In this document: in pieces, positions 12,387 through 24,339 of the stretch
How the letters are laid out: every line of letters begins with the position of its first letter
Numbering within the stretch: position 1 is the stretch's first letter
Assembly: GCA_010093605.1 (NCBI GenBank)
Contig: MU004187.1
Location: forward strand, 1,912,882-1,976,881
Length of the DNA: 64,000 nucleotides
Direction: 5' to 3'
DNA from: Lophium mytilinum
Taxonomy: Eukaryota
Notes under the pieces: model-generated
The model's database searches: none
Told to the model about the DNA's origin: nothing
What the model saw: only the letters and a program-made list of their open reading frames with translations
Made by a program: the position numbers and the translations under genes

Positions 12387-13085
12387 GGGGGGTAGTTGAG
12401 TTGTGGTGGTGTTCTTGTACAGTACGACCCTATGGACCTGTGTAGACTTGTTTGTTGCTTGAGTAGGTGCTTCAACTTGTGATATCGGGCTTCCTGGAGC
12501 AAGATTAGTAGTTCGGAACTGCGAGCCTCTTCATATCATATGGTTTCGTCACACGCTTGATATAGGTTTGTGTACAATTGGCGAAGACGGCTCAAGGTGC
12601 TCTGGTAAACACGTGAACGACAACTTCAAGGAAGCGTATAGCCCTCCGGGTCACCTCAGACAGCAGCGAACTGCACTGTGTGCTTAACGAGGGTTGGTAT
12701 TCGGGAGGCAGGACAACGCCAATTTATACTCTGTAAATAGTCTGTAAAGTCACGAGGCCATCTCAAACGGCGTCACCTATCATTTAAAGAGGGACCAAAT
12801 CAAGACCAATTCTTGAAGATTTGTGCCATCGTCGCATTGCTGAAGTGCTAGACTACACCAACTCAGACGTCGACGAAGACCGAAAAGCTCTCCTAATCCC
12901 AGAGACCAATGACGCCTCCATGTCCCACCCGATATAAAAAGCCCTTAGCATGATCAAGAGGCCAACCATCAAGACTCCAAAACACCCGAAGCCCATCCCA
13001 TCAGTTTATATCAGAGCTTCTGTAGTACTACCATGAGATGCTCGCGCATTCATCCATCCACCTTCACCGACCACCCATCGAGCAT

Positions 13086-13808
13086 CTAGGCGAGATCGTG
13101 GTCTTCGTACTCAGGGTCGGCGACCGAATCGGTGACAGCTGAACTGCTCGAGGCTACACACGTTAACATAGTCCCACAACTTGCATACTAAGGAACACAT
13201 ACCATCCTCATCATCATCGTTGTCTACCTGCTCTTTCTTAATGCGGGACGTGAAGAGCGAGGCCTGACGCTTCTGACGGGGCGCACGAACAGCAATGCCA
13301 GCGTCCTCCTCCGGCTCATTGTCACTGGAAAGCTCGGCCATCTTGCGCTTGAGCGGGCTACTAGTGTTCATGCGACGTGATGGAGTTGGAGTTGGACTAC
13401 CATCAGCATCAGCGTCGCTGGTGTTGCCGAAGGGATTGTCAAGGCCGGCCATGATGGCCTTAGCTTTGGTGCTGCTACGACCAGAGGCTGGAGTGCCATT
13501 GGTTCTGCCGCGACCGCCTGGCGTCTTCCTAGGAGTTGCTGGGGCAGACTCGCCAGCGAAGATGCGCTTCTTGAGAGGACCCATGACATTGGAGACGGAT
13601 CCCTTGGTCATGCCGAGGATCACTGCCATCTTGCCGTAGTCGATCTTTGACGGGGTGAGCTGGCTGTGGATTGAGTAGATAGAGCGTCTTTACTTGCCTC
13701 TGGGCCTTTCCCAGACACGCCTTTCATGGACTGGAAGGCGGCTGCGAGGAACTCGGCTTCGCGGGGAGTGAACTGGATCAGGCCAGGGTTCTTCTTTTCT
13801 GAAGACAT
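13086..13808 (-). CDS. Small nuclear protein with a putative Myb-like N-terminal domain
   Basis: FTPREAEFLAAAFQSMK...PE|IDYGKMAVILGMTKGSVSNVMGPLKKRI followed by a basic TPRK region and acidic tail. GC-AG intron 13645-13697 and a GT-AG intron at ~13154-13202. Confidence 0.65.
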
Positions 13809-15766
13809 CTTTTGAGTTCCGTTGTAGAGGTGTGGGCCAAGGGAGTTATTGGAGAAGAGATGAACAGAATATGTGTGGGAGAGTAGAGTGAGATGAGTGA
13901 AGGATGTAAGATGATGTAGACTTGAGTAGAGAGCGGGGCAGCTTTGAAACCTTTCTCTAGGCAGCAGCTTGTCAGTCAAGAGTGGTGAAGATGAGGGATC
14001 ACATTTGGTGAAGTGATGTCGTTAGAAAGTGATAGATCCTCAAGACGCGGTTGCTACCATCTCGACTTGCTTGAAACCTCACCGACACCACAGAAAAGAC
14101 CACCCTGTCTCTCAAGGTCATTCTCTACACACTAGAACTTCGTGATGATTGATTAAAATACTATGAAGATTCTGCAATGGAAGAATGCGTCTCTATACAA
14201 TGGCGAAGCTTTTAGGACGCCTCGAGCGGCTGGAGATAGCGCCAAAGCTGTGTAACATGGCTTGCAGCAAGATGGCTAAAGTTTACAGAAAATTACTCCG
14301 ACACGTTGCTTATCAGAGGGAGCAAAGAAGGCCGGAGTTTGAAACAGGTGTTCTGCAGCTTTGCGTGTGGACTTCGGAAGGGAGACCCAATTGTCTCATG
14401 CCTCCTATCCTTCTCCGGACACAGCTCGCTTGCCCCCATTCGAAATGTCTGAATTGTAGCTAGATCACCCAGACGACATGCATCCCGCCACCAGCTCGGC
14501 AAGGTGTCAGCTTACCGTTCAGCATTCGGAACGCTCGAGTCCTATCAAGATGTAGTAGAGCGGTGTCGTAGAACCGACGCGAGGATGATCATCCTTCCTT
14601 TTCTTTTTTGCTCGTGGTTGCTTCCACAGCACCCCCTTTACTAGCACACTGCTTTAGCTTGACGATATTGAAAAGGTCTGAATTAGTGCTAAGCACTATC
14701 TTTTCAATATATTCGAGAGCAGCCGTCCTGCCAAGACTACTACAGCCACCATCACGAACAGAAAAGGACCTACACAAAACGTCCCAATGCACATACTGCA
14801 GCTCCGGGAGTTCGGGACTGTTCGCGCGGAAGACGGGTAGGAGTCAGGATGCATTTCGTGGGCCTTTCCCGGCGTGAGGCCCTGCATCGATCACTTACAT
14901 CCGTCGGAAAAATAGCATGGATGCGTAAAAAATCTGCGTGCTTGGCAGTGATGTGAGACAAGCTTCGTCGACGGCTTCAATACCGTGTGGTTGCCCTGCA
15001 ATGGTGCCCCTGAACCCCCCGTCTCCGGTTGCAAACAAGGATGCCAATTGCGAGCGCCGCAAAAGGTGAGGCACAGCAGTGCGAGTGGGGGCTTGGATGT
15101 GCGGCTGCTGGGGAAGAAGTGCATATCACACAGCTACCCAGGCTGGCGGGTTGCGACTGTCATGCTGGCATGTCTGCAGACCTAGAGTGGCCTGGTGAGT
15201 ACCGTACCCTGGGGGCAATGAAGAGGCCCAGGGAGGGCCATGGATGTGGGGGAAACGGGGACGGCGAGGCCTCCTAGCTAGGGGGACGTTCAATGAATCA
15301 GTCAGGGAGAGACGGCATAGAAGAATAGGACAGTAGTGGTGCCCTCGCCTCAGTGACGGTGAGGTGGAGTGAGGACGGTCGAGGCGAGAGGCGTAGTGGG
15401 CGGTCTTAGAGGATGGGCGAGATGCAACAGGTGGGCTCTCCGGACCCCCAGGCGAGGCTCTGCAGAGTCCAGACGCGCTTTGCTGCAGGGCGACGCAGTC
15501 AGGCTGTGAACTGTGTGCGATCGGCGTTGCAGCGGGAGTCTAAGGAGTGGATTTAGGAGTGGGAGCATGAATTGGATGTGCATTTCCGCCCCACCCACCG
15601 GCGACCTGGCACTGTCTTATTCCCTAGATATGCACTCTACTACAAGACCAACACTGGGCCCCAATTCTTCTTCGTCTGCTCCTTCCTTCTCTCTCTTCCT
15701 CATCCTCCCACCTCCCCGCTCCTCCTCTCGCCGTGACCCCACCCTGCATTGCGAGGCCCAGCAGTC

Positions 15767-17051
15767 ATGGCTGCAAAATCCCCCCATCCCTCCTGGACGC
15801 GTTCCTACAGAGAACGCGCTGCGCTGTCCAGTGCCTCCCCGCTCGCCGCCTACCTCCTGCGCCTCATCTCCATAAAGCAAACGAATCTGTGCCTATCCGC
15901 CGATGTCGAGACCAGCGCCGAGCTGCTGGCCCTCGCCGACGAGGTGGGGGACTATATCTGCATCCTCAAGACCCACGCCGATATCGTCACCGACTTCAAC
16001 GAGCGCACAGCGAAGAGCCTGCGCGATATCGCCCGGAAGCGGCACTTCTTGATCTTCGAGGACCGCAAGTTTGCCGACATTGGGGGTATGTGATCTCGCT
16101 CCCTATACGCGACCTACTTCTAGCCCTTCCGGCCCTTTTTGCAACTATTCCCACATTTATCTCTCACAATTGCTCACACAACGTCCTAATAATCCCCCAG
16201 GCACCGTTCAAAAACAGTACACCAGCGGTCCTCTCCGCATCGCCCGCTGGGCCGAAATCACAAACGCCCACATCCTCCCAGGCCCCGCCATCGTCACCGC
16301 GCTCAAAGAAGCCGCCGTAGCCACCATCGCCGCCTACAACACTGCGGTACACACCGAGATATCAGCCGAGCCAACAGTCCTCACAACCTCTTATCCCTCG
16401 ACCCCTACCTCCGACACCTTCGAGATCCCCACGTCGCCCGCTCCCACACCCCTCTCCGACGATGAAGAGGCCGACGACCGCCTTGACGCGCCCCGCCGCG
16501 GCCCAGACCGTAAATGCAGCGTCGTGAGCATCTCGACGACGATCAGTACTCGCACCGAGAACATCAGCCCGCACCCGACCCCTGACATCGACCACAGCGA
16601 CGGCGCGTCCATCCCCGCGCTGCTCGACCGGCTGGGCCAGACGCCGTACCAACGCTCCCTGCTTCTGCTCGCGGAGATGAGCTCGGAAGGGCACCTTTTG
16701 ACAGACGCCTACAGAACCGCGTCCGTCGAGATCGCGCGCCAGCACAGGGACTTCGTGATGGGTTTCATTGCCCAGCGGTCGCTGAATAGCGAGGAGGGCG
16801 ACAACTTCATCACCATGACCCCTGGCTGCCAACTGCCCCCACCGGGCCAGGAAGCCAGCGGGAAGAAGATGGGAGATGCGCTGGGGCAGCAGTACAACAC
16901 CCCACGGAAACTGGTGTTTGAGCAAGGCTGCGACGTGTTAATCGTAGGGCGGGGCATTCTGAAAGCCGCGGACAGGGTCGCCGAGGCTGAGAGGTACCGG
17001 CGGGAGGGGTGGAGAGCGTACGAGGAGAGGGTGGGTTCCCAGTCGGCATGA
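15767..17051 (+). CDS. pyrG: Orotidine 5'-phosphate decarboxylase
   Basis: [50 protein letters not shown] and IVGRGI motifs; intron 16087-16200. Confidence 0.97.
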
Positions 17052-17637
17052 TCGTGGGCAACTTTTGGATTAGGGTTGGAAAAGCCCGGATATGGGAGGA
17101 CGGTGTTCTGGTGAAACTCTTTCTACGGCTGATGGAGCATTTCAGCGGCGTTTTGCTTGCTTGCTTGCTTCCCCCTTTTAACAGAATCTTACTTTAGATT
17201 TGGCTGTCTCTTATCGACGGTACAAAGCATCAGCGTATGCGTTACGGATTGGGTGGATTGAAAGATTGCGGGCAAAGGTGCATGCATATCTAGGCTTGCT
17301 ATATCTCATACCTTTTTGAAAAGATCAATCCACTCTAATAGCGAAGATCATGTTCATGGGTATCTCAGACTCGATTTTCTTTATTTGGAACACAAGTTAT
17401 GCAATAGTCGTCCTATCTTCACATGCCACCCCTTAGTCGCAGGTATCACCCCTTCGAGCCAAGTGCTACACCTCTTATAAAAAAGGAAGTATATTACTGC
17501 AACGAGCTGCACACTACACCCTCAGCGGTGTGTCTCACGGCCGTGACTCCGGTTCCGAGGTTCCGATCCTAGTATCGCATCCCCCCCTATCACACAACCC
17601 CCTCTTCCTTCGCCTCACCTCGCCTCACCACCCACAC

Positions 17638-19649
17638 CTACTGCGGCTCGCCCGCCTGAATGTCCCGCTTCAGCTTCGCCTCTTCCTCCTTACTCAACGG
17701 CGCAGCCCCGTACCACGAGATGGTCGCGAGGCCCAAGAACGCCGCGATGACGCTGAAGACCAGCGCCACGATGCCGCGCGCCGTGAAGCCCGAGGGCAGG
17801 CGCGGGGGCGGCAGCGGCTGGCCCTTGAGATCGAGCACGTTGATGGTGTTGCCGGCGGCGTTGCCGGCGGTGGGCATGTCGGCGGCTTTGCAGGCGGCGA
17901 GGTGGTCGGCGGGGAGGGTGAGGGTGTCCTGGAGGATGAGGGGCGCTTCGACCATGGTGGCGATGAGGCCGGAGGAGACATGCCTGGGCGTGTGGGTTAG
18001 TATCAACGTTGAAGTGGGATTAGAGAGGTAGGGGTGGGTAGGTACCATTCGATGTGGCAGTGGAAGAGCCACACGCCGGGGTTGTCGGCCCTGAAGCGGA
18101 GCACGATGTGCCCGTCGGGCCGCACGAGGATGGTGTCGCGGCGCATGGGTGTCTTGGGCATGTCGGGTGGGGCGGTGGGATCGTAGTTCCCGGCTTCGTC
18201 GTCGGAGCGCACGACGACTTGGAATGCGTGGCCGTGGAGATGGAAGGGGTGTTTGCCCGGGTCGTTGTTGTTAAGGACGATTTCGACGACTTGGTTGTGT
18301 CCCAGGACGAACGAGTTCGTGTGGTCGCCGTAAACGAGCGGGTTGGTGGCATTGTCGCCTGTGGTGAGAACGGAGTAGAGGGTGGGGACTTTCGGGGAGA
18401 CGTAGGTGATGTCGTTGAAAAATGCGCTGAGGGCATTGAGTTAGGGGGGTTGAGGGAAACGGAGGGGATAGGAGACTTACTAGTTCGCACCGTCTCCAAG
18501 GTTGTCCATCTTCAAATCCAAGGTAAAAGAATAATCTACCTTATCAAACAGCTTTTCCTTATCCTGGGGTATCAATGCAAAATCATCAAAAGGGTCAAAG
18601 CTGTCAATTGGGGCCGCCGCAGGGAGGTCCTTCTTGTCGTCATACACAAGCCACCCGGTAACATTAGGGTTCAGCGTTGCAGGGACTGTATCGAAGAGGT
18701 CCTGCGTGGTTGTCAGCATTGAATTCATCTAGATGGCTATGGTGGAACATACCTCGTCCATGCTACCCATAAAAGCGTAGTTTGTGTCGGTTTCGTTCTT
18801 CGCGGTAATGAGCACGGCGTATCGCTGAGCTGCAGTAATGTAAATCATGTCGGCATCTTCTGGCTCGGTATAGATGCCATCCACTTCGACAATCTGCATG
18901 GTGTGGCCTTCAAACCAGACATACTGGGCAGCAAAAGCACCCACGTTGATCATGCGGAAGAGGTAGGTCTTCCCAGGCTCCATGGAGATCGTAAGATTCT
19001 GAGTTTCATTCACGAGAGCCGACTTTGGCACAGGTTCGGCTCCAGTTGGATTGGAGTACTTGATGAAGCCCTCGAGCAGACCGTTCATCAGGTCATGATA
19101 CCAATCCGAGAAAGTGACAATAATCTCCTCATCGTACATGTTTTTTAGTGGCGAGTCCGGGTCATGTATAATCACCGCTCCACGAAGACCGTCGGGGTAT
19201 TGTCCTCTGGAGTGAGAGTGATACCAGTATGTTCCGGGTTGGTCAATCTAGCTCAAAATCAGAACGATACTCGGTTAGACGGTATTGTAGCTTACAGTGA
19301 AGTTGTAGGTGAACGAGCTGCCGGGAGCAATGCCGCACTGAGTAACTCCAACGGGCCCATCCATGTGGTTTGTACCATTCTGGTACAGGCCGTGGAAATG
19401 GAGACTAGTGGACTCATTCCCTAGGCTGTTTTTGGCGTTGACGATGATACGGTCACCAATGTCGGCGGCGATAATTGGGATGGGCCATTTTCCATTGATG
19501 CCAATCACCGGACGGTTCGCCATGCCATCGGGATTGGCATATACCCAGCCTATGTCGAAGTCATAGGTAACAGTGGCGGCGTTGACGTGTAGAATAAAGA
19601 GCAGAAGAGCGGCTATTGGATTGATGAAGCTCGACAATGATAAAGCCAT
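17638..19649 (-). CDS. FET3: Iron-transport multicopper ferroxidase Fet3/FetC
   Basis: Copper motifs [17 protein letters not shown] and HCHIEWH, a signal peptide and one C-terminal TM helix ([20 protein letters not shown]); four introns. Confidence 0.95.
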
Positions 19650-19818
19650 CGTGATCAAGCACCTAGCATGGACTGAGGTAAGGGTGAGGGCTCAAGGGAG
19701 GCAATTGCGCTCAAAAGTGCTCAGACAGTCGCTCTTGAAGATTGCAGGAAGAGAGCAGGGCTGATTGATGAGATTAGATTGGATCCAGAGAGCTGGGGCA
19801 TAGGCTGCATACTGAAAG

Positions 19819-20998
19819 ATCTGATAAAGACCAGGCCCTTGCCAAATATGGGTCTTTGGTAGCGAGGGGGCCACTAGAGCAACAAAGTCCGAGTTTCGGC
19901 GCGTTATCTGATCACAAGCACAGACAAGCTCAGGCGAGAATGGCACGCCGGCGTATGATGAAGGAGGGGTGGTCCGCGGTCAACGCGGGCTCGAGAACCC
20001 AAATGACCTGCCAACGATGAGGATCAGACGCCCTCCAGCGCGAATCGGCTTGGCAAGAAGCGGGGAGCAGCTTCAACGGAGCCAATTGATGCTGTGAACG
20101 GAAGGCCGGCCTGTGTCGTATTGTTCGTGAAGAGGTGGGGGCTACGGTAGACCTGCCACGCCAGAAGCTGAAGAAGCAATCCGAGGAGTCCACGGGAAAG
20201 ACCGGGGGATCAGATATTCCCTGGCGCGTGATTTTAGTCACCGAGGCGAGGGATCAGCCCATCAGATAAACCCAAACGGGCACAGTGCTGGGGAGTGCTG
20301 GGGGATTGTGGGGCGTGCGGGTTGGCGATGGGACCAAGCAGCGACCTAGCACTGGGTATGCGGACCTTGACTGCAACCAAAAGGCTTGCTTTGTGCTGGG
20401 CAAGACGCTACGAGACAGGCCAAAGCGATGTCGTCTGGTGTCGCAAAGTGTGGTGTAGAGTGTGGTGTAGCTAGAAAGCCTTGCTGTCAAAGAGCAGGAT
20501 CGATTGCCCAACGCTGCGGTTACTACGGCTATAGCGCTCCAAGAGGACGGGAGGACAGTTTGCCAAGACAGGACAGAAACGTTGATAAATAGAAATTGGA
20601 TGGATCGAAAGCTAGCAAAATGGGCTAAAAGAAAGCTATCAAAGTGCCGCCAGCCTCTGGCCACTCCCGCGGGTCAGTCCAGCATCGACTTGTCGATACC
20701 TTTGTACACTGGTGCCCGCAATTCCTTGTCGGCTGGCGCGCTGGCATTCGTGAGAAAAGAAATCTCTTACCGGTAGTCATTTTTAGCGCAGTTCCAGCCC
20801 CGGGACCGACATCGGCAAACGAGGCGTTCGGGACAGTGGACGTACGAGCGACATGCCGCTCGTATTTGACTGGCCGCCCAGCCCCTCCGCACCCGTTTTG
20901 CTGTTAAGTTATCTGATCCGCCCATTATCAGATCTCTCACCCATCCTGCGACCATCCACCTCAGCCTGGCCCAAGGCGCAATTGCGATAATCTGATAA
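19819..20998. promoter_or_regulatory. Bidirectional fet3/ftr1 promoter with six ATCWGATAA (SreA/Urbs1-type GATA repressor) sites
   Basis: Exact sites at 19819-19827(+), 19904-19912(-), 20261-20269(+), 20909-20917(-), 20925-20933(-) and 20990-20998(+). Confidence 0.85.
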
Positions 20999-21031
20999 TC
21001 TGATCGTCTTGAAGTAGTCAATACCGTAGCC

Positions 21032-22418
21032 ATGGTGAATGTCTTCGCTGTTCCAGGTGAGTTGGCCTTCGTGCCTCCACGAGCTGTCGCTCCATCCAAT
21101 GCAGCGGCTAATCGAACCAGTATTTTTCATCTGCTTTCGCGAGTGCTTAGAGACCAGCATAATCGTCTCTGTCCTCTTGTCGTTTTTAAAACAGACACTG
21201 GGGCCCGAGCGAGATCCTGTCGTGTATAAGAAGCTTGTTAAGCAGGTGAGTTCTACGCAATGTGCCGGCTCGAACATGTTCTAACCTAGTATCCGTAGGT
21301 GTGGTTAGGGGTCGCAGCCGGCCTCTTCATAGTCATAGTGATAGGAGCTGGCATGATCGGTGCCTTCTACGGCATTGGCAAGGACACGTTCGCCAACACT
21401 GAATACATCTGGGAAGGTGTTTTTGGTCTCGTTGCGACCATCATCATTTCTTTGATGGGCGCTGCGCTGCTCCGCGTGTCCAAGCTGCAGGATAAATGGC
21501 GTGTCAAGCTCGCCAAAGCTCTGGAGGCCAAAGACAGCAAAAGCGTCGTGCCCGCCAATGGTAGATTCAAGCGGTGGGCTGAGAAGTACGCCATGTTCCT
21601 GTTGCCCTTCGTCACCGTCCTGCGAGAGGGTCTCGAAGCAGTCATCTTCATCGGCGGTGTTGGGTTGGGCCTACCTGCGACCGCTTTCCCTATCGCCGTC
21701 ATTTGCGGTCTTCTTGCTGGAGGCGCAGTCGGCTTTGTGATCTACAAGTAAGGATCCTCCAAACATATTCGATGCATGCGCTCATGACGTTCAGAGGTGG
21801 AAACCGCACATCGTTGCAGATCTTCCTGATTGTCTCGACATGCTTCCTCTACCTGGTGGCAGCTGGTCTCTTCTCAAAGGCCATCTGGTTTTTCGAGCAG
21901 AACAAGGTACGACTTCGCCAATCCTTGGCCCGCTTTCAGCAATGCTAATGGACCATAGTGGAACCACATCATTGGTGGTGATGCCGCAGAGACTGGCTCA
22001 GGACCTGGATCCTACGACATCCGAGACAGCGTCTGGCACGTGAACGTATGAATCCTCACTCCTCCTGATCTCCAAGCCTAATGCTAACATTTATCAGTGC
22101 TGCAATCCTGAGATCAACGGTGGCGGTGGATGGGGAATCTTCAACTCCCTCTTCGGCTGGCAGAACTCGGCGACATATGGCTCCGTCCTGTCCTATAATC
22201 TTTACTGGATCTGTGTGATCATCGGCTTTGGACTGATGGGATACAAGGAGAAGAACGGCCATTATCCCTTCCGCAAGGCCTCAACGAAGGTCGAAGATGA
22301 GCGCAGAAACTCATCCAGCCAGGGTAGCGGCGTCCTGAGTGAGCAGATCGCCGATAAGAGGGCCGAAGCTGTGGGAGCTGGGACGAACGTTCGTGAGGTG
22401 CGCGAGTCGCCCGCGTAA
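21032..22418 (+). CDS. FTR1: High-affinity iron permease Ftr1/FtrA
   Basis: [19 protein letters not shown] and REGLE iron-binding motifs, multiple TM helices, [10 protein letters not shown]; five introns; divergent from fet3. Confidence 0.96.
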
Positions 22419-23136
22419 AGGAAGTATTTCGTACGGGTTACTGCAAAGTCAGTTCCAGCAAGTACATGTGTTTGTTTTTATCGCCGGCTGATGGTCAGGA
22501 TGTATGGTTTGCCATCCTGGTAGCTCAGAGGAAGAAGGATGGAAGATATAGGTGTACCATGACCACCCAAGGGGTTTTGAAAGAGAAGCTTAGGAATTTC
22601 GAAGAGGAGATGTTTTACAATGATGTCCTCGAGGTTTAAAGATGTATTGATAGCGAAGTGACAACCCTCGCTTTTAAGGGGAACGAGGATCAATTAGATC
22701 GATTGAATCATCAGATCATGCAACTTGTGTGCACAGAAGAATAGTCACGCTGCGAAAAGGAGCTCGAAGGCTAGAAACGGGAGGATGCAAAGGTACTTGT
22801 AGAAAGTCTGACAAATACGCTCGCTCCGATTGGCTATACACTATCGCGGAGCCGTCCCTAGTTCCAGGTTCTAGGTGTGAAGAGCATAACAGCACAGGGT
22901 AGTATTATAATAAATAGTGCAGAATGACTGGTGTAATATTGGGCCGTATAGAACAACGAGATATCTCGAGTCCATATCTATAGTAAACCGTGAATTTATT
23001 CCCCAAAGCCACAAGCCGCAGCCAAGCAACCGACACTCCACAATGCCCCTCCCGGCCCCACCAACCAAAAAACTAATAACCCATTCTCCCTGCATCTTCT
23101 TAAAGAAAAAGCCTCGTCCTACAGAGGTAGAGGAGG

Positions 23137-23144
23137 CAAAAAAA
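23137..23144 (-). terminator. RNA polymerase III oligo-T terminator
   Basis: T8 run on the minus strand immediately 3' of the tRNA. Confidence 0.75.
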
Positions 23145-23145
23145 G

Positions 23146-23262
23146 CGAGCAGCATGGGGCTCGAACCCACAACCTTTGGTGTCTCTACAAACATGAATAC
23201 CCATTGGGTATCAAAGGTATTCAGAACCGAAAACCAACGCGCTACCATTGCGCCAACCGCCC
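23146..23262 (-). tRNA. tRNA-Arg(TCG) with a ~45-nt intron
   Basis: GGGCGGT-TG-GCGC-AATGGTA-GCGC-G-TTGGT-TT-TCG-G-[intron]-C-ACCAA-AGGTT-GTGGG-TTCGAGC-CCCAT-GCTGCTC-G folds as a cloverleaf and carries A and B boxes. Confidence 0.88.
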
Positions 23263-24339
23263 GTTCTGGTTCGATAACTCGAATTGAAAGAATCGAAAAT
23301 TAAGTAATGTATATCCTGAATTAATTCTGGAGGGGTAAAACGCTTTTGTGTTAGTGAATGAGAATGGGTGGTAGGGGCGCGAGGATGCCCCGCTTAAGCT
23401 TGGAAAAGGTTGACAGCGATCTGATTGTTAGTTTCAGGCGTTGCTTTGACTGGACTAATGGATTCGGGTGGGGTATTCATCAAGGTCGTTGCAGGGGGTC
23501 TGAACTACACAGCCAATGTTCGTTATTCATGAGAAAAGGCACCAACGTAGGCGCAAAAGCATCACCATTTGACTATGCAAGTTGAAGACAAGCTGAATGA
23601 CCTCGGCCCTGAGTTATAGGCCTCTCATGCTTTGCGATATAGCGAAGTGATCTCTGCTACCTGACTTTATGGCTCCCGATTCACGACACCCACGGAACAT
23701 AGTCTATACTGTAGAACAAGCTTTAAGGAATGGAGGAGCTGATATTCCAACCTCTAGAGAATCGCTAGACTCGCGGGCGCCAGGGTTGAAGCCAAGAATG
23801 ACATTTTCGTGCAGAATATGACCTTGTCTATTAGTGTGCCACTCTAAGTACGAGCTTTTGAACTAATACTTTGACTTCAACCTACTTCGTAAACAAACAG
23901 AACTCAACAAGAAAGGAAAAGTGTCGGTCGAGATCCGTCAACATTGGAAGAAAGACAGAGAGCGAGTACGAGAGTAAAGCTTAATCCTAGTGCTAGTATG
24001 CCTTTGTTTACTAGCTTCATCAATGTGCAGGTTAGGCTCTCTACTACATCTCCGGAACGTAACATTACCTGTTGAAAGATGCGCAAATAAAAGCTTTTTA
24101 CCACCTAGTGGCAGTGTGTGGAAATATCCTAGAGTAACCAATCATTCTGGATCAGTTTGTTTTCTTCCCATGAAGCTCGGACCGTTCACGTCACTGGCTG
24201 TCATGCATGTGAACGCGGGTGGCCTGGCTGGTTGGTAGCCTCACCCTCGCACCCTCATGTAGCGTTCTCATTGCCCTCCAACTGTTTGTCGCGTTGTCAT
24301 CGCATCACTGGAGTTTTTGAAGTCGCGATACGCGCCACG

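Noticed and set aside
14185..14961. Short ORFs and donor-like sites upstream of pyrG
   Set aside because: I could not assemble a consistent spliced gene model.
16320..16640. ~100-aa Ser/Thr/Pro/acidic insertion in PyrG
   Set aside because: Long insertions at about this position are already known in filamentous ascomycete OMP decarboxylases; it has no intein or intron features.
22871..23303. Two ~125-aa ORFs on opposite strands
   Set aside because: They overlap the tRNA gene and lack protein-like features.
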